A stretch of DNA of 9,136 nt, from the IMG/VR virus record IMGVR_UViG_2698536549_000013. The stretch is one strand, 5' to 3'. The stretch's first letter is position 1. Each line of letters opens with the position of its first letter. The notes beneath the pieces are model-generated. The model was not told the origin of the DNA and searched no databases. It saw only the letters and a list, made by a program, of their open reading frames with translations. The DNA comes from a virus. Taxonomy: Duplodnaviria > Heunggongvirae > Uroviricota > Caudoviricetes. This document shows positions 7,337-9,136 of the stretch, piece by piece. The position numbers and the translations under genes were made by a program.

Positions 7337-8491
7337 ATGAAAAAAATGACAGTGGCACTTTCTGCTGTAGCAGTGGCAGTGATGTTTGCTGCGGGGGCGC
7401 AGGCAGCAGAAGTTTATAATAAAGATGGTAATAAACTGGATCTTTACGGGCGTGCAACCGCTCTGCATTACTTCTCGGATGATAAAGGTAATGACGGAGA
7501 CCAGACTTATGCTCGTCTCGGCTTTAAAGGCGAAACGCAGATTAATGATCAACTGACCGGATTTGGTCAGTGGGAATACCAGTTCTCTGGTAATAAAACG
7601 GAATCTGAAGGTTCCGCGGGAAATAAAACCCGTCTGGCATTTGCAGGTCTGAGATTTGCAGATGTTGGTACCATTGATTACGGACGTAACTATGGTATTG
7701 CTTACGATGTCGGATCATATACTGACGTACTGCCTGAGTTTGGTGGTGATGGCTGGACGCAGACCGATAACTTTATGACGGCCCGAACTTCCGGTGTCCT
7801 GACTTACCGTAATACAGACTTCTTCGGACTGGTTGATGGTCTGAATTTTGCGGCGCAGTATCAGGGCAAAAATGAGCGTGATGACCTTCAGAAGGCTAAT
7901 GGCGACGGGTATGGTTTCTCGGCCAGCTATGAGTTTGATGGTTTTGGTTTTGTCGCTGCGTATACCAAGTCAGATCGTACTGATAAGCAGGTTCAGGGGT
8001 TGAATGGTACTGCAGATGTTCTTGATCCTGCATCAGGTAAAAAGGTTGGAGAAAAAGCAGTTGACTCAGGTAGTGTGGCAAAAGGTAAACATGCTGAATT
8101 CTGGGGAACTGGTCTTAAATATGATGCCAATAACCTGTATCTGGCAGCAGTGTATTCTGAAACCCAGAATATGACGACCTTTGGTGATCAAGGTGTTGCG
8201 GATAAAGCTCAGAATATCGAAGCCGTTGTTCAGTATCAGTTTGATTTTGGTCTGCGCCCGTCCCTTGCCTACCTTCAGTCCCGCGGACAGGATGTTATGG
8301 TTGGTGGTGTGAACCATGGCGATCAGGATCTGGTTAAATATATTGATGTCGGTGCGACTTATTACTTTAACAAGAATATGTCCACCTATGTTGATTATAA
8401 AATTAACCTGATTGATGAAAGTGAATTTACCCGGAAAGCCGGTGTTGCGACAGATAATATCGTTGCTGTGGGTATGACTTATCAGTTCTGA
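7337..8491 (+). CDS. General diffusion porin, OmpC/NmpC/OmpD/Lc family (phage-borne moron)
   Basis: 384-aa ORF with RBS AAGGA (7324-7328). Signal peptide [23 protein letters not shown] cleaved before [15 protein letters not shown], the mature N-terminus shared with enterobacterial OmpC/NmpC as recalled. Conserved PEFGGD constriction-loop motif and C-terminal ...VAVGMTYQF ending in Phe. Set in AT-rich DNA unlike the flanking tail genes. Confidence 0.9.
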   Translation: MKKMTVALSAVAVAVMFAAGAQAAEVYNKDGNKLDLYGRATALHYFSDDKGNDGDQTYARLGFKGETQINDQLTGFGQWEYQFSGNKTESEGSAGNKTRLAFAGLRFADVGTIDYGRNYGIAYDVGSYTDVLPEFGGDGWTQTDNFMTARTSGVLTYRNTDFFGLVDGLNFAAQYQGKNERDDLQKANGDGYGFSASYEFDGFGFVAAYTKSDRTDKQVQGLNGTADVLDPASGKKVGEKAVDSGSVAKGKHAEFWGTGLKYDANNLYLAAVYSETQNMTTFGDQGVADKAQNIEAVVQYQFDFGLRPSLAYLQSRGQDVMVGGVNHGDQDLVKYIDVGATYYFNKNMSTYVDYKINLIDESEFTRKAGVATDNIVAVGMTYQF

Positions 8492-8664
8492 TTATTGCTG
8501 ATAAGTTAATAAATACGGGCCGTCTGCCCTTACAGGCGGCCTGTATCAATGAAAACACAGTTTTCATTGGTCACTGCGATCAGCAATTGCCATCTGGCAT
8601 GTGCTGATTTAACTTTCTGTTATTACCTTTATTGGTTTTATTTTAAATTGGACTTTTATTGTTC

Positions 8665-8688
8665 GGGGCGCGTCTGCGCCCCTTTTTT
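8665..8688 (+). terminator. Rho-independent terminator at the 3' boundary of the porin moron
   Basis: GGGGCGC (8665-8671) pairs with GCGCCCC (8676-8682), loop GTCT, followed by TTTTTT (8683-8688). Lies 13 nt upstream of the L start. Confidence 0.6.
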
Positions 8689-8700
8689 ATGGGCGGATAT

Positions 8701-9136
8701 ATGCAGGATATTCACGAAGAAAGCCTGAACGAGTCGGTTAAGTCAGAGCAGTCACCGCGGGTGGTGCTCTGGGAAATCGACCTNNNNNNNNNNNNNNNNN
8801 NNNNNNNNNNNNNNNNNNNNNNNNNNNNNNNNNCCCGATTGAGGGCAGCGGCTTTGAGATGAACGGAAAGGGCAGCAGTGCCCGCCCGTCGCTGACGGTG
8901 TCCAATCTTTTCGGCCTTGTCACCGGGATGGCGGAGGATTTGCAGAGCCTGGTGGGTGCCACGGTGGTCCGCCGCCGGGTGTATGCGCGTTTTCTTGATG
9001 CGGTGAACTTTGTGGCGGGGAATCCGGAGGCAGACCCGGAGCAGGAGCTGACGGACCGGTGGGTGGTGGAGCAGTTATCAGCGCTGACGGCCATGACGGC
9101 CTCGTTTGTGCTGGCGACACCGACGGAGACGGACGG
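8701..9136 (+). CDS. L: Minor tail protein L (lambda gpL family), partial: interrupted by an assembly gap and running off the window end
   Basis: N-terminus MQDIHEESLNESVKSEQSPRVVLWEIDL closely matches recalled lambda gpL (MQDIRQETLNE...VVLWEIDL). After the N-run, a different frame encodes ...GSGFEMNGKG...RPSLTVSNLFGLVTGMAEDLQSLVG.TVVRR.VYARFLDAVNFV..., again matching gpL. No stop before the window end. Confidence 0.8.
8784..8833. other. Assembly gap (run of 50 N) inside the L gene
   Basis: Exactly 50 consecutive N. The L reading frame differs on the two sides (ATG 8701 versus CCC 8834), and lambda gpL has about 31 residues between the flanking motifs, so the true gap length is not 50 nt. 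Confidence 0.95.

Noticed and set aside
7319-7552. 77-aa minus-strand ORF overlapping the porin start
   Set aside because: Antisense to the porin signal-peptide region. AT-rich, Ile/Phe/Cys-rich artefact.
7896-8317. Minus-strand ORFs of 61 and 83 aa inside the porin gene
   Set aside because: Antisense to a conserved, intact porin gene.
8689-8700. In-frame ATG at 8689 (or TTG 8659) as the L start
   Set aside because: Both lie within the terminator hairpin and T-run. ATG 8701 reproduces the recalled lambda gpL N-terminus (MQDI...).
8659-9120. ORFs containing runs of X on both strands (8659-8862 +, 8738-9094 -) and a minus-strand Pro-rich ORF at 8920-9120
   Set aside because: These are artefacts of translating across the N-run. 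The minus-strand ones are antisense to the gpL-like coding region; the real gene is L, starting at 8701.
1-9136. CRISPR arrays, tRNA/rRNA genes, integrase/att sites, IS elements, toxin-antitoxin or other defence systems
   Set aside because: I looked for direct-repeat arrays, cloverleaf-like segments, recombinase or transposase ORFs and small paired ORFs and found none. Every sizeable + strand ORF is accounted for by tail morphogenesis functions or the porin, and the non-coding stretches are short.

Overview
This window is the head-tail joining and tail morphogenesis module of a lambdoid (siphovirus-type) prophage or phage of an enterobacterial host, with every supported gene on the + strand. 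The order is: 3' end of an unassigned head-proximal gene; four small, translationally coupled head-tail joining genes (gp6-like connector, head-closure protein, HK97 gp10-family protein, tail terminator); a major tail protein with a C-terminal Ig-like domain; tail assembly chaperones G and G-T, joined by a -1 frameshift at A_AAA_AAG; a 1080-aa tape measure protein; a lambda M-like minor tail protein; and the start of a lambda L-like minor tail protein, interrupted by a 50-N assembly gap. The one clear piece of accessory cargo is a ~1.56 kb AT-rich insertion placed exactly between M and L. It carries an intact OmpC/NmpC-family general porin gene with its own candidate promoter, an OmpR-box-like upstream sequence and an intrinsic terminator, which is classic moron architecture. 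I see no CRISPR array, tRNA, integrase, transposase or recognisable multi-gene defence system; the porin moron is the only candidate for something unusual. All functional calls rest on remembered family signatures and gene order, not on database searches, and GC statements are by eye.
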